Source: a virus. Taken from it: 64,000 bases of DNA. The position numbers and the translations under genes were made by a program. Of the stretch, positions 1 through 10,032 are shown piece after piece (position 1 is the stretch's first letter; the number at the start of each line of letters is the position of its first letter). The notes beneath the pieces are model-generated. The model was not told the DNA's origin, ran no database searches, and worked only from the letters and a program-made list of their open reading frames with translations. The stretch spans positions 1-64,000 of IMG/VR virus record IMGVR_UViG_3300035698_012122. One strand, given 5' to 3'.

Positions 1-1
1 A

Positions 2-301
2 ATGGTAGAACTAATGAAAAAGAAAAATGCAGACTATGCTGGTGGTAATGATAATCCATTTGCAAACTTTGAAAGGGTATCTGCATTTGATTGTGTAAGT
101 ACAGAACAGGGTTTCTTTACACGCATGACTGATAAACTATCTAGGATTAGTTCTTTCATTAAGAATGGTAAATTACAGGTACAGGACGAATCTGTTAAAG
201 ACACTTTACTTGACCTTGCTAATTATTCCCTTCTGTTCATGGCATATTTAGAATCTAAAAAGATGGAAGAAGAAAGTAACAGAGTTGAAATAAACAGTTA
301 A
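2..301 (+). CDS. Nucleotide-modification-associated domain 1 (DUF1599-like) protein, probably 5'-truncated
   Basis: KKNADYA..NPFANF, RMTDKLSRI and ESVKDTLLDLANYSLL motifs typical of the family; close to a DNA methyltransferase gene. Confidence 0.75.
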   Translation: MVELMKKKNADYAGGNDNPFANFERVSAFDCVSTEQGFFTRMTDKLSRISSFIKNGKLQVQDESVKDTLLDLANYSLLFMAYLESKKMEEESNRVEINS

Positions 302-313
302 AAGGAATTAACT

Positions 314-697
314 ATGTCTGAAATAACAATTAATAAAATATTAGTTTCTACTGAAAGTATAATGGTTTCTAAAGAACTAATGAATAAGTATAGAAGTGGT
401 AAAGAAATATCAGTTCATGGTTGTAAGTTAAATAAGTTTTTAGATTTAGTTGATATTAAGGAATCAGAACATTTAGACCCTGATATGCTAGTATGCTTTG
501 ATGAGAATCTAAACTCACTAGGAATTATTAAAACTGGTATAGCTGGTTATGTAATGCCAATAAAAGATAGTAGCTCAACATTTATAAATTTATATAAGCC
601 AATGCCTATAACACCACCTGAAGAAATAAATGGTTATGATTATAGAGTTAGATTAGAACAACCTAAAGTAGCTGTAATGCATAGGATAGTAATTTGA
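314..697 (+). CDS. Hypothetical protein
   Basis: 127-aa ORF with AAGGA RBS, packed in operon. Confidence 0.6.
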   Translation: MSEITINKILVSTESIMVSKELMNKYRSGKEISVHGCKLNKFLDLVDIKESEHLDPDMLVCFDENLNSLGIIKTGIAGYVMPIKDSSSTFINLYKPMPITPPEEINGYDYRVRLEQPKVAVMHRIVI

Positions 698-1656
698 AAA
701 TAAAAGTTGGAAGTTACTTTAGTGGTTGTGGCGGTCTTGATTTACCATTCTCTGAAGATGATTCGTTTGAGATTGCAAACTTCTGTGAGATTGAAAAACA
801 TCCTTCAGCAGTTTTAAAGTATCATCATCCTGATACGATTAATTTAGGTGATATAGAAAAAGTAAATGTTAAGAAACTAAAACCAATAGATGTCTTACTA
901 GCTGGTTGGAGTTGTAAGGGTGTTTCTACTCAAGGCAAACAAGAAGGTAAGAAACATTTAAAGACAGGCCTAGTAGATTGTTTGTATCCAATTATAAAAC
1001 AAACAAAACCAAGCTTTATAATATTAGAGAATGTAAAAAATCTACTCTCTAAACAGATGGAAGGATTATACAATGAGGTTAAGGAAACAATTGAAAAGCA
1101 AGGATACTACTGTTACACAGAAACCAAGGACAGTTCTGAATATGGTTCAAGTCAACAAAGAGTTAGAGTCATTATGTATTTTGTCCGAAAAGAATTTAAG
1201 GCATCCAGAAAAAGTTATCATGCTGATGGTAAAAAAAGGCCTATTAAAATTAAAAGTTTTACAAGATGCCTAAAGAAAGAAAATAAATATATTAGCTGGT
1301 CTAAATCACATAGAACAAATAAAGATAAAGAAACTGGTGAAGTATCCAAGCATTTAGATTTTAGAATTAGAGAAGATAAACTAATAAATACTTTAACTAC
1401 TGGAATGGGATGTGTCGGAGCATCTACTGGAACAATAGTTATGTTACCAGATGGTACTACCAGATACCTAACACCTGAAGAAGCAGAAGGTTTACAAACG
1501 TGGAAGAGAAATCACACTAAATTTGGAATAGACACTAATGGAGTAAAATATAATATACCAGAAGGTGCTAGATATAAAATGTGTGGAAATGGTGTAACAT
1601 CAAATATAATAATAGAACATAAAGAAGAAATTAAATATCTAATGGGGTCAAAATGA
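694..1656 (+). CDS. DNA (cytosine-5) methyltransferase
   Basis: Motif I FSGCGG, motif IV GWSCKGVS (PC replaced by SC), motif VI ENV, motif VIII QQRVR, motifs IX/X RYLTPEE and YKMCGNGV; TTG start. Confidence 0.92.
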   Translation: MKIKVGSYFSGCGGLDLPFSEDDSFEIANFCEIEKHPSAVLKYHHPDTINLGDIEKVNVKKLKPIDVLLAGWSCKGVSTQGKQEGKKHLKTGLVDCLYPIIKQTKPSFIILENVKNLLSKQMEGLYNEVKETIEKQGYYCYTETKDSSEYGSSQQRVRVIMYFVRKEFKASRKSYHADGKKRPIKIKSFTRCLKKENKYISWSKSHRTNKDKETGEVSKHLDFRIREDKLINTLTTGMGCVGASTGTIVMLPDGTTRYLTPEEAEGLQTWKRNHTKFGIDTNGVKYNIPEGARYKMCGNGVTSNIIIEHKEEIKYLMGSK

Positions 1657-1931
1657 TTTTTGCAGAAGTACCAGTTGATTCAAAACTAATAACTAAGATG
1701 TTTTCTAAAACACCAATAATAACTCATTTAAATGAAATCAGAGAAGATTTTGAAGAATTTAATAAAGAGTTATTTGTAGATAAGATGGACTTAGAATCTA
1801 ATAGTATTAGTGACTTACAGTATTATAAAACAGAATTATTCAGGTCATATTGTATGGGTATCCTATCTGCAATATCTAAAACATCTAAGTTTAATCAAAG
1901 AGTAACCGATGACATAAGTAGGCAAAATTAA
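1653..1931 (+). CDS. Hypothetical protein
   Basis: 92-aa ORF, ATGA overlap with the methyltransferase stop. Confidence 0.55.
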   Translation: MIFAEVPVDSKLITKMFSKTPIITHLNEIREDFEEFNKELFVDKMDLESNSISDLQYYKTELFRSYCMGILSAISKTSKFNQRVTDDISRQN

Positions 1932-2011
1932 ACAGCTACTTGATATTATGTTGCCAAATACATTATACTTATATTAATGTATAAACAAACAGGCAAAATA
2001 GTAAGGTACTC

Positions 2012-2593
2012 ATGGAAAAGAGAAGACGTAGAAGAAGAGATTCTGAAGAAGAAATAAAACCTAAAAGAGTTAGGGGTTCACGCACATCTGATTCCAAAGA
2101 AGTTGCTACAATCAATAATACACCAACCAGAAAAAGAAAAGAAAAAACAGCTTTAGAAATTCATGACTATGATTCAACTTTAAGATTACAAAGCTATCCA
2201 GATTTTCGTACCCTATTAGATTCTAAATCTTTAACTAATTTAATTGGTGCTTGTTACAATACTGGAAGACCTCAATTACAAAGAATGATAGATGACCCTA
2301 GAACTACAGTTGGTGAATTACAAGCAATCGTTTTATCAACAGATGCTTTTGATTCAGAGTCGAGAAGCAGAATGAAGGCCAAAGAGTATTCAGACAATAG
2401 ATTGTTTGGAAAAGTTAAAGATAGAATCGAACATTCTGGAACTGGTGATGGTGGTGCTATTGCAGTTCAAGCAACTAAGAAATTTGATATGAAAAATATG
2501 ACACTACAGGAATTAAAAGAATTAGATTCTGTAATGGATATGTTATCTACCAAAACAATATTAGAGAATGAAGAAGATGATAAAGATAAATAA
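2012..2593 (+). CDS. Probable terminase small subunit
   Basis: Directly upstream of TerL; C-terminal RIEHSG..GGAI..DMKNMTLQEL resembles TerS tails. Confidence 0.65.
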   Translation: MEKRRRRRRDSEEEIKPKRVRGSRTSDSKEVATINNTPTRKRKEKTALEIHDYDSTLRLQSYPDFRTLLDSKSLTNLIGACYNTGRPQLQRMIDDPRTTVGELQAIVLSTDAFDSESRSRMKAKEYSDNRLFGKVKDRIEHSGTGDGGAIAVQATKKFDMKNMTLQELKELDSVMDMLSTKTILENEEDDKDK

Positions 2594-2599
2594 GGCTAT

Positions 2600-4162
2600 A
2601 TGGACGCTAATAAGATTTCTGAAGAGTTTGGTTATCAAGATTCCAGACACTTCTCTACAGATTTAAAAAATGAAATTAAGATAAAAGAACTTGAAGAAGA
2701 CTTTATCAGATTCATTAAAGGTGCATGGCATCTAATAGAACCTAATACGGTTTTTAGTTCCAACTGGACTACTGAATGTGTTGGTCTACATTTGGAAGCA
2801 ACTTTAGATGGAACAATTAGAAACTTACTAATAAATATTCCACCACGTTTTTCAAAGTCATTAATTGTTAACGTATTTTTTCCAGCATGGGTTTGGACTA
2901 AACAACCTCATATGCAATTCATCTTTTCTTCCTATGCAGAAAATCTAGCTATTCGAGATTCAATTAAATGTAGAACTATTGTTGAATCGGATTGGTATAG
3001 ATCGAAGTGGCCAAATGTAACAATTAGAAAAGATCAAAATACAAAAAAAGAATGGGTGCTAGATCAAGGTGGTCATAGAATTATTACTACAGTTGGCGGT
3101 TCTGGTACAGGTAAGGGCGGTCATTATGTTATTACCGATGATCCCAATGATGCTAAACACGCACGTTCACCAGCTAAATTAGAAGACGTTCAATACTGGT
3201 GGGATAAAACCATGAGTACTCGTTTATCTAATCCTAAAACTGGTATCAAGATTGTAATTCAACAGCGTATTGCTGAAGGTGATTTAACTGGTCACATTTT
3301 AAAACAGGGCGGTTACGAACATTTAATTATTCCAATGAGGTATGATCCAGAACGTGCAGAACCAACCAGCATTGGATGGGAAGACCCTAGAACAGAAGTT
3401 GATGAATTAGCTTGGCCTGATAGATTCGGTGAACCAGAAGTAGAAGAACTAAAATTACGTCTAGGTTCTGATGGTTACGCTGGACAATTACAACAAAGAC
3501 CAGCACCGAAAGGTGGTAAGATAATTAAGAAATCTTGGTTTAAAAGATACCAAGAATTACCACAGATGGATAGAACGGTTCTATCAGTAGATTGTTCTTT
3601 TAAAGATGAAGAGACAAGCGATTATGTTGTTCTAGGTTTATGGGGTCTTAGAGGTTCACATAAATATCTAATACATTTAGTTAGAGCAAAACTAGACATC
3701 ATTGCTACCATTGCAGAAATCAGAGATATTCATTCTAGGTTTTCAGGAATCAATTACACACTTATTGAGGACAAGGCAAATGGAAGTAGTATCATTAAAA
3801 TGTTGCAAGATAAAATTGCTGGAATTTTACCATTCAATCCAGTTGATTCTAAAGGTGCAAGACTAAATGCAATTGCACCACAGATTGAAGCTGGTAACTT
3901 ATTTATTCCTGATAAATATTATGAAGCAAACCGAGAGAGATTCGCATGGTGTACTGATGTCCTAGATATTTGGATTGATGAAATGACATTGTTTCCAAAA
4001 GCATCACATGATGATTGTGTTGATATGACCACGCAATTATTTTTAAAAGAAAATGAAGGTGGAAACTGGTTTGATGAAATGTTAAAAGAAGCAGATGCAA
4101 AATCACCTGAAGAAGCTCAAACAAAAATCCTAGCTGATATGATGGGATGGAATCTAGCTTAA
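2600..4162 (+). CDS. terL: Terminase large subunit
   Basis: ATPase INIPPRFSKS, Walker B-like ITDDPND, nuclease SVDCSFK, IEDKANG and HDDCVD. Confidence 0.95.
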   Translation: MDANKISEEFGYQDSRHFSTDLKNEIKIKELEEDFIRFIKGAWHLIEPNTVFSSNWTTECVGLHLEATLDGTIRNLLINIPPRFSKSLIVNVFFPAWVWTKQPHMQFIFSSYAENLAIRDSIKCRTIVESDWYRSKWPNVTIRKDQNTKKEWVLDQGGHRIITTVGGSGTGKGGHYVITDDPNDAKHARSPAKLEDVQYWWDKTMSTRLSNPKTGIKIVIQQRIAEGDLTGHILKQGGYEHLIIPMRYDPERAEPTSIGWEDPRTEVDELAWPDRFGEPEVEELKLRLGSDGYAGQLQQRPAPKGGKIIKKSWFKRYQELPQMDRTVLSVDCSFKDEETSDYVVLGLWGLRGSHKYLIHLVRAKLDIIATIAEIRDIHSRFSGINYTLIEDKANGSSIIKMLQDKIAGILPFNPVDSKGARLNAIAPQIEAGNLFIPDKYYEANRERFAWCTDVLDIWIDEMTLFPKASHDDCVDMTTQLFLKENEGGNWFDEMLKEADAKSPEEAQTKILADMMGWNLA

Positions 4163-4257
4163 TTTGTAATTAATAACTATCTACGTTATTCTATAAATGT
4201 TAAATCTTTAAATTGTTAAAAATAATAAAAACTTTACGCAAAGGGTTAGGTATCTTT

Positions 4258-4950
4258 ATGGATATTAACAAGGTAAAGAAATGCCCATACAATCCACGCT
4301 CTATGACCTCAACTGCTAGGGATGGTTTGCGTGAATCAATGAATGACTTTGGTGATATTTCTGGAATAGTAATTAATGAAAAAACAAATAATGTTCTAGC
4401 TGGTAATCATAGATTCGATGAACTATCTAAAAAACATGGTAGAGGTAAATTAGTTTTAAATCATTTGGAAGGGGAATGGTATTCCATTGATTTAAAAGAC
4501 GGTGCTAAAACTGGTTTCAAAGCTAGAGTAGTTAATTGGGAATTAGATAAAGAACAACTTGCTAATGTAGTTGCTAACAATGATTTAATTACTGGTGAAT
4601 ACACTTCAGAACTACAACCACTTCTTAAAAAGATTCAAGTATCAATGCCAAAAGTTAAAATGGATAACCTTAGAATTAGTCCAATGATAATTGATGATGA
4701 TTTAGAATCTGATATAGATTTAGATGATGAGTACGAAACACCAGAGATTGTTAAAAAAGAATCTGAAAGGTCATCAAGGAAAAAAGTTACTGAAGAAGCA
4801 GATGAAACAGCACCATCTAATGTTAGAGAAATAGTTTCTAATATAAAAGTGATTGGGCCTTCTGATTTAATTGATGAAATTAAGTTTGATATTTTAGAAG
4901 CATTATCTGAAAAACCATATTACGATAAAATAAATATAGTGAAAGGGTAG
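4258..4950 (+). CDS. ParB/Srx-like N-terminal domain protein (paralog 1)
   Basis: YNPR, SMNDFGDISGIV, LAGNHR motifs; ATG 4258 preferred over TTG 4213 by alignment with paralog 2. Confidence 0.8.
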   Translation: MDINKVKKCPYNPRSMTSTARDGLRESMNDFGDISGIVINEKTNNVLAGNHRFDELSKKHGRGKLVLNHLEGEWYSIDLKDGAKTGFKARVVNWELDKEQLANVVANNDLITGEYTSELQPLLKKIQVSMPKVKMDNLRISPMIIDDDLESDIDLDDEYETPEIVKKESERSSRKKVTEEADETAPSNVREIVSNIKVIGPSDLIDEIKFDILEALSEKPYYDKINIVKG

Positions 4951-4952
4951 TA

Positions 4953-5735
4953 ATGGCAAAACCAATACCATTCGATTATTTAAAATTAGTGCTTGGAATC
5001 ATAAGTGCATTTTCTACTGTTGTTCTTCCAATAGCAATTGCGTGGTTAGTTAAAAACTTTAAAGCACTTAAGAAATCTAATGAGCAAAATGTTGAAATGA
5101 AAAAGCACTTAGCTGAAGAAGCCAAGAGTCAGTATAATAAAAACGTAGAATTTAATAACTCACTACAGACACAAATAAATAATGCAGTTAATAATCTAAA
5201 TTCAGAACTAGACAGAAGAACTGGATTATCTAATTACGAAACAGATAGAAATAGAAAAGGGATTGATAATTTATGTGGCAAACTAATGACTTCAGCAGAT
5301 AGGTTTGATGCCAAAGTTAAAGACGCAACTAGTAGAATGAAATCTGAAATGATTACCAAAGCAACATACTATATGGAAACTGCTAAACTAAAGGATGATT
5401 TTCTAAGAGACATTCTAATGGCAAAATCGGGGTTATCTGATATTAAGTGTACACCAGCTAATACTAATTTAACTAAAGATTTACGAAGCATAAATAAGAA
5501 GATAGAACATCTAAAGACAAGATTAGATAATGAAAGAATAGCTGATAATAAAAAGCACCATCTTACTAGAAGATTATTAAGTGCTGGTTTATCAGAACGT
5601 AAAGAATTACAAATTAAACATAATAACCTAAAAGCAGAAATTAAAAAATATCATCTTAAAACGGATAGTAAATTAGATAATTATAATAAGTTGCTAACGA
5701 GCTTGAAAGGTAAAGTAGACAAAAATAAGGTATAA
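4953..5735 (+). CDS. Membrane-anchored coiled-coil protein
   Basis: N-terminal hydrophobic helix (LVLGIISAFSTVVLPIAIAWLV) followed by heptad-rich sequence. Confidence 0.6.
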   Translation: MAKPIPFDYLKLVLGIISAFSTVVLPIAIAWLVKNFKALKKSNEQNVEMKKHLAEEAKSQYNKNVEFNNSLQTQINNAVNNLNSELDRRTGLSNYETDRNRKGIDNLCGKLMTSADRFDAKVKDATSRMKSEMITKATYYMETAKLKDDFLRDILMAKSGLSDIKCTPANTNLTKDLRSINKKIEHLKTRLDNERIADNKKHHLTRRLLSAGLSERKELQIKHNNLKAEIKKYHLKTDSKLDNYNKLLTSLKGKVDKNKV

Positions 5736-5739
5736 GGTA

Positions 5740-6222
5740 GTGGTAGATTCTAAATATATTAAAGCGTGTTTATCAGCATACTTCAGATTCAAAAAGCAAA
5801 CCTCATGTATTGCTACAGAAGTTGGTGCTTTTAATGCAGACTTTATAGCTGTTGGTAGAAGTGGTTTTTTAGAAATAGAAATTAAAGTTTCTAAATCAGA
5901 TTTAAATAATGATTTCAAAAAACGTAAACATCAGATATATGAATCTAAAAAAGATCATGCTTGGTGTCCACAACAATTCTATTTTGCAATTCCTGAAGAA
6001 CTAGTTGACTACGCTATTGCTAAATGTGTTGATAGACCTTATGGGATATTGGCCATAAAGGAATGTAATGATACTTCCAACAGGTCATGGATGGATAGGG
6101 TAAGAGTTGTCAAACGAGCTAAGAAGCTACATAATAACCCAATAGAAGCTAAAGTTAAAAACATAATCTATTCGAGACTAGCATCAGAAATGACAAATTT
6201 AAGAATAGCACTTTGCAAATAG
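5740..6222 (+). CDS. MmcB-like PD-(D/E)xK nuclease
   Basis: TE..ADFIAV..EIEIKVSKSDL..DFKK and FYFAIP motifs; GTG start. Confidence 0.7.
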   Translation: MVDSKYIKACLSAYFRFKKQTSCIATEVGAFNADFIAVGRSGFLEIEIKVSKSDLNNDFKKRKHQIYESKKDHAWCPQQFYFAIPEELVDYAIAKCVDRPYGILAIKECNDTSNRSWMDRVRVVKRAKKLHNNPIEAKVKNIIYSRLASEMTNLRIALCK

Positions 6223-6232
6223 GAATGTTAAA

Positions 6233-6943
6233 ATGTTAAATCCAAACGAAATAAAAAATGCTGATTACAATCCAAGAAATTTTAATCCTGAAAACTATGA
6301 AGCACTTGGTGATTCAATGGATGAGTTTGGAGATATTTCTGGAATAACATTTAATTCTGAAAGTGGTAATCTAATTACAGGTCATCACAGATGGAATCAA
6401 TTATGCCAAAAGTACGGAGTAGATAATTTAACTTTAAAATTAGTTAAAGGAACGGACAAGTATATTATATGTGAAGATGGTCATGACACTGGATATACTT
6501 TAAGGGATGTTAAATGGTCACTAGATAAAGAGAAACTAGCTAACATAACCTCTAACTCAGATTCGGTTTCTGGTTACTTCACAGAGAGTTTAAAAGGTCT
6601 TGTAGCTTCCATCAGTGATTCAAACCAATCAATGGTTTCTAAATTAAAATTAGGTGAAATTAAAGTACCTAAAGTGAAACTTAAATCTAAAAAAGAAGAT
6701 GTTGATTTAGATGACCCAAAACCAGCTAAATCTGAAACTATGATTTCAGGCGGTGGTGAAACGTACCTAACAATTAGATTAGAACTTACACCAGAAACAG
6801 CAAAAGAATTTCAGGAAATGGTAGATAAATTTAAAAACAAAGGTGATGGTGTTGAAGAACCTTTAAAAAGAGTTATTGGATTTATGAATAAACAAGACCC
6901 TGAAGAAGTAATAAAAACTGTTAGAGTTCGGAAGCGTATTTAA
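6233..6943 (+). CDS. ParB/Srx-like N-terminal domain protein (paralog 2)
   Basis: YNPR, SMDEFGDISGIT, ITGHHR; aligns with 4258..4950 including DKE(Q/K)LAN. Confidence 0.8.
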   Translation: MLNPNEIKNADYNPRNFNPENYEALGDSMDEFGDISGITFNSESGNLITGHHRWNQLCQKYGVDNLTLKLVKGTDKYIICEDGHDTGYTLRDVKWSLDKEKLANITSNSDSVSGYFTESLKGLVASISDSNQSMVSKLKLGEIKVPKVKLKSKKEDVDLDDPKPAKSETMISGGGETYLTIRLELTPETAKEFQEMVDKFKNKGDGVEEPLKRVIGFMNKQDPEEVIKTVRVRKRI

Positions 6944-7247
6944 ATACCTCATGTAATTTACATTTTTTCTTTTCCATACAATTATTTATCTTAGCAACAG
7001 TGGTATTTAATTCCCTAGCCAATTCCTTCCTTTTTTGTCGGCCAGAATTAGTATCTACTTTTTCATATTCTTTTTCTTTAATACCCAACAGTTCATGTAG
7101 GCCTTCTCTAATAGCAGTAGCATTTTGCGTTGTACCATACTTTTTAAATAGTTTGGACATACAACCTTTTGATAAAGTAAGAGTAAGAGACAATTTTTCT
7201 CTCTCATTCTTAACTGCAAATGGTCTACCTTTTTTAGTTTTGGCCAT
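6921..7247 (-). CDS. Small basic putative DNA-binding regulator (RHH/HTH-like)
   Basis: GRP, LSLTLTL strand then helices ending AIREGL; C-terminal ELARELNTT; AAGGA RBS. Confidence 0.5.
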   Translation of the reverse strand: MAKTKKGRPFAVKNEREKLSLTLTLSKGCMSKLFKKYGTTQNATAIREGLHELLGIKEKEYEKVDTNSGRQKRKELARELNTTVAKINNCMEKKKCKLHEVFKYASEL

Positions 7248-7283
7248 AATCTAATTCCTTAAAACCTCATTAATATACTCTTT

Positions 7284-7312
7284 ACATTACTATAATACTA
7301 TATTAATGTCAA
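7284..7312 (-). promoter_or_regulatory. Possible sigma70-type promoter for the minus-strand regulator
   Basis: Perfect TTGACA on the minus strand at 7307-7312; the -10 match is weak. Confidence 0.35.
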
Positions 7313-7417
7313 TTTTGTAGATAGTTTAGACAGTAGTAATTTGTTCAAGTTATTGATTTAAAGCTTAATGTGACTAATACTTATACGATAAGTAAATATT
7401 ACAAAAAGGACTTTGAA

Positions 7418-8152
7418 ATGGATAAGTTGAGGAAAACATGGTTTTCAAGATTTTTGCTATGTATAGCACCAATAGTTAAATGGATAGATAAGATATTTAC
7501 AATGCCATATAGCCACAAAAAAGTAACAGGTTTGCATTACCTATTGTGGAGAAAAGACATAAAAGCTGGAACTGTTTTTATAACTAATACTTTGGGTGCT
7601 GGTTCTAATCTAATAAATCCAAGTGATATAAATCACGCTGGAATATATTTTGGTTTTGGATTGTTGGATTACATCAATGACATAATCAAAATGAAGACTG
7701 AAGAAAAAGATGCTGAAACTATTGATTTAGTTAAGCGTTTACAAGATATTTTAAAAAGATACAATGTAAGAAACGATGTAAATTATGTTTTGGAAGCGGT
7801 TGGTCAAGGTGTAATCCCAACAGACTTAGTTAGTTTTTTGACATCTAAAGATTTAGTTGTTGGGAAGAAGCCAACATTCTGTAGTGATGAATTATCAATG
7901 GACGCTTCCCGAATAGCAGTTTATGATTTAGGTAAGGAATACGACTACTCATTTTCCCATAAGGATGACACCAAATATTGTTTTGAAGTTTGTGGTGATG
8001 CATATGAAAATGTAGTTGAAGGTAAAAAGTTAAAAAGAGTTGTATATAAGATTTTTGGGTTTAAAGTACATGATGTTTTTCTATCAGATACTTTTCAAAC
8101 AGGTGATTGGGAAACCGTCTTTGATTCCAGAAAAAAGATAGCACACAACTAA
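7418..8152 (+). CDS. Permuted papain-like (YiiX/YebB, NlpC/P60) amidase
   Basis: HAGIY, VLEA, GKEYDYSF and KYCFEVC motifs in permuted order; AAGGA RBS before ATG 7418. Confidence 0.8.
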   Translation: MDKLRKTWFSRFLLCIAPIVKWIDKIFTMPYSHKKVTGLHYLLWRKDIKAGTVFITNTLGAGSNLINPSDINHAGIYFGFGLLDYINDIIKMKTEEKDAETIDLVKRLQDILKRYNVRNDVNYVLEAVGQGVIPTDLVSFLTSKDLVVGKKPTFCSDELSMDASRIAVYDLGKEYDYSFSHKDDTKYCFEVCGDAYENVVEGKKLKRVVYKIFGFKVHDVFLSDTFQTGDWETVFDSRKKIAHN

Positions 8153-8165
8153 GGAAGATATAATT

Positions 8166-8453
8166 GTGAAAGATCAAAATAGATTATTTATCGGTGGACT
8201 TAATTTCACTACGAGTAGAGAAGAACTATTAAATGAGTTTTCTAAATTTGGTAGAGTAACAGACCTAAAAGTTCCAATCACACAAGAAACTGGTATGACA
8301 AAAGGTTTTTGTTTTTTAACTATGTCTTCACCTGAAGAAGCTGAAATGGTTATGGAAAAATTGAACGGTACTGAATACAATGGTAGAACCATTGGTGTTA
8401 AAAAGTATGTTCAACAACCAACAAGGCAAACAGAACATACAACGGAAATGTAA
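8166..8453 (+). CDS. Single-RRM RNA-binding protein
   Basis: RNP2 LFIGGL, RNP1 KGFCFLTM, LNGTEYNGRTI. Confidence 0.93.
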   Translation: MKDQNRLFIGGLNFTTSREELLNEFSKFGRVTDLKVPITQETGMTKGFCFLTMSSPEEAEMVMEKLNGTEYNGRTIGVKKYVQQPTRQTEHTTEM

Positions 8454-8457
8454 AACT

Positions 8458-10032
8458 ATGGGTAAAAAATTTAAAGTAAATAACAATGTTCTTATAAATA
8501 TGCCAGTGACACCTCAACAGTTTGGTGAAGCTTTGCAATTCCCATCTGGTCAAACAGGTGATTACTATTCGGTAATTGCGTATAGTTCTATTTATTCTAA
8601 AGTGTCTCAGCAAATGTCATCTATTGTAAAAGCTGTAGATGAAATGAGTAGCTTCTATTTGGTAGACGTAATCATATCTCAATTATCAGATGATGCACTT
8701 TCACCTAAAGTTTCAGATGATGAGATTTTTAGTTACTCAGCAGACAACAATGAAAAAGCACAAAAAGAACTTGAAAGAATGTCTAGGCATTTAGGACTAG
8801 ATCAACTTATAGAAAATATCACACCAGAACTTTTAAAATATGGTGAATACGTTTTAAGAACTGAAATAGATGAAGGCGGTGAAGCCCTTGATATGTCAGG
8901 AAAAGAAAAGAAACGAACTAGAAGAAAAGCAAAGTCTATGGGTGTCACTGAATTATGTGATGATGTAGAACAAGGTTCTGTAGTTTCATTAACTCAAAAC
9001 GGAACTGTAGAAGGTTATCTTCAAACCAATCCCTTTACTGGTGGAGTTGAAAGAAAACAATTTGCAGACTTTATTAAATTCACATTAGGTGGTCAACGGA
9101 TAAGAGTAGATACTAAAAGTCTAATTCCAAACGCATCACTAACAGATAAGAAATTTTATAAAATGTACAAGTCACTTCCAAGGTTCATTAGAATTGGGAA
9201 GTCAATTATTTATACATACTTAACTAAATTAAAAGAGTTAGAGCTATTAGAAAAAATGGCCCCAGCTTTAAAACTAGATGCAATATCTAGGGGTAATTTA
9301 GTTGGTATGAATTTACCAGATAGATATAATCTGGAAGATGCTAAAAAGGCATCTACTCACTTTGAAGAAACTCTTAATAAAAAAGTCTCAATTGATCCAA
9401 CATCTTCAGATATTTCAGTAGCTAATATTATAACAACTGCTGGTAAAACTAGAATCATTCCATTGTTTGGCGATAAAGGTTCTTTGCAGAACTTAGATTA
9501 CAAAGATGACAATGCAAGTGAGTTATCATCTGAAGCTGAAGACCTTAGAAAACTTATCCTAAGTTCTGTAGGTATTCCATTTGAATTGGTATATGGTTCT
9601 GATGGTGATGGTAAAGGTGAAATACTTAAGCGAAATGCTAAGTACGTTAGATTCCTTAGAAAAATTCAAAAATCTATTTCCAATGGTTTGAGAGACTTAG
9701 CGTATATACATTTATCAAACAAAAACATTGATTATAAAAAAGAAGACATTTCAGTTCACTTTAATAAAAATTTAGTCGATATAGAAAACCTAGATCAAAT
9801 TGAACGTGATGAAGCAACAGTTAGTGGTTTATCTTCAGTATTAGATTTTGTAACAGAACTGAAAGATGCAATTGGTGAAGATAGGGTAAACCTAGAACCA
9901 ATTGCTAAATACATGGATGAGAATCTATCTACCATCGGTTTAACAGGTCTGATTAAAATGGATGACATCAAACCAGATGAACCACTTGTAACTGATGATG
10001 AAGAAGGGGAAGAAAATGAAGTTGTGCAATAA
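8458..10032 (+). CDS. Portal protein (T4 gp20-like position)
   Basis: About 524 aa, upstream of core, protease and capsid genes; LLKYGEYVL and LRKLILSSVGIP portal-like segments; acidic tail. Confidence 0.75.
   Translation: MGKKFKVNNNVLINMPVTPQQFGEALQFPSGQTGDYYSVIAYSSIYSKVSQQMSSIVKAVDEMSSFYLVDVIISQLSDDALSPKVSDDEIFSYSADNNEKAQKELERMSRHLGLDQLIENITPELLKYGEYVLRTEIDEGGEALDMSGKEKKRTRRKAKSMGVTELCDDVEQGSVVSLTQNGTVEGYLQTNPFTGGVERKQFADFIKFTLGGQRIRVDTKSLIPNASLTDKKFYKMYKSLPRFIRIGKSIIYTYLTKLKELELLEKMAPALKLDAISRGNLVGMNLPDRYNLEDAKKASTHFEETLNKKVSIDPTSSDISVANIITTAGKTRIIPLFGDKGSLQNLDYKDDNASELSSEAEDLRKLILSSVGIPFELVYGSDGDGKGEILKRNAKYVRFLRKIQKSISNGLRDLAYIHLSNKNIDYKKEDISVHFNKNLVDIENLDQIERDEATVSGLSSVLDFVTELKDAIGEDRVNLEPIAKYMDENLSTIGLTGLIKMDDIKPDEPLVTDDEEGEENEVVQ

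Noticed and set aside
8380-8457. Longer starts given in the ORF track (also 4213, 7370, 9995, 17992, 28161, 57241)
   Set aside because: They overlap upstream genes or lack an RBS; downstream starts fit better by RBS, gene packing or paralog N-termini
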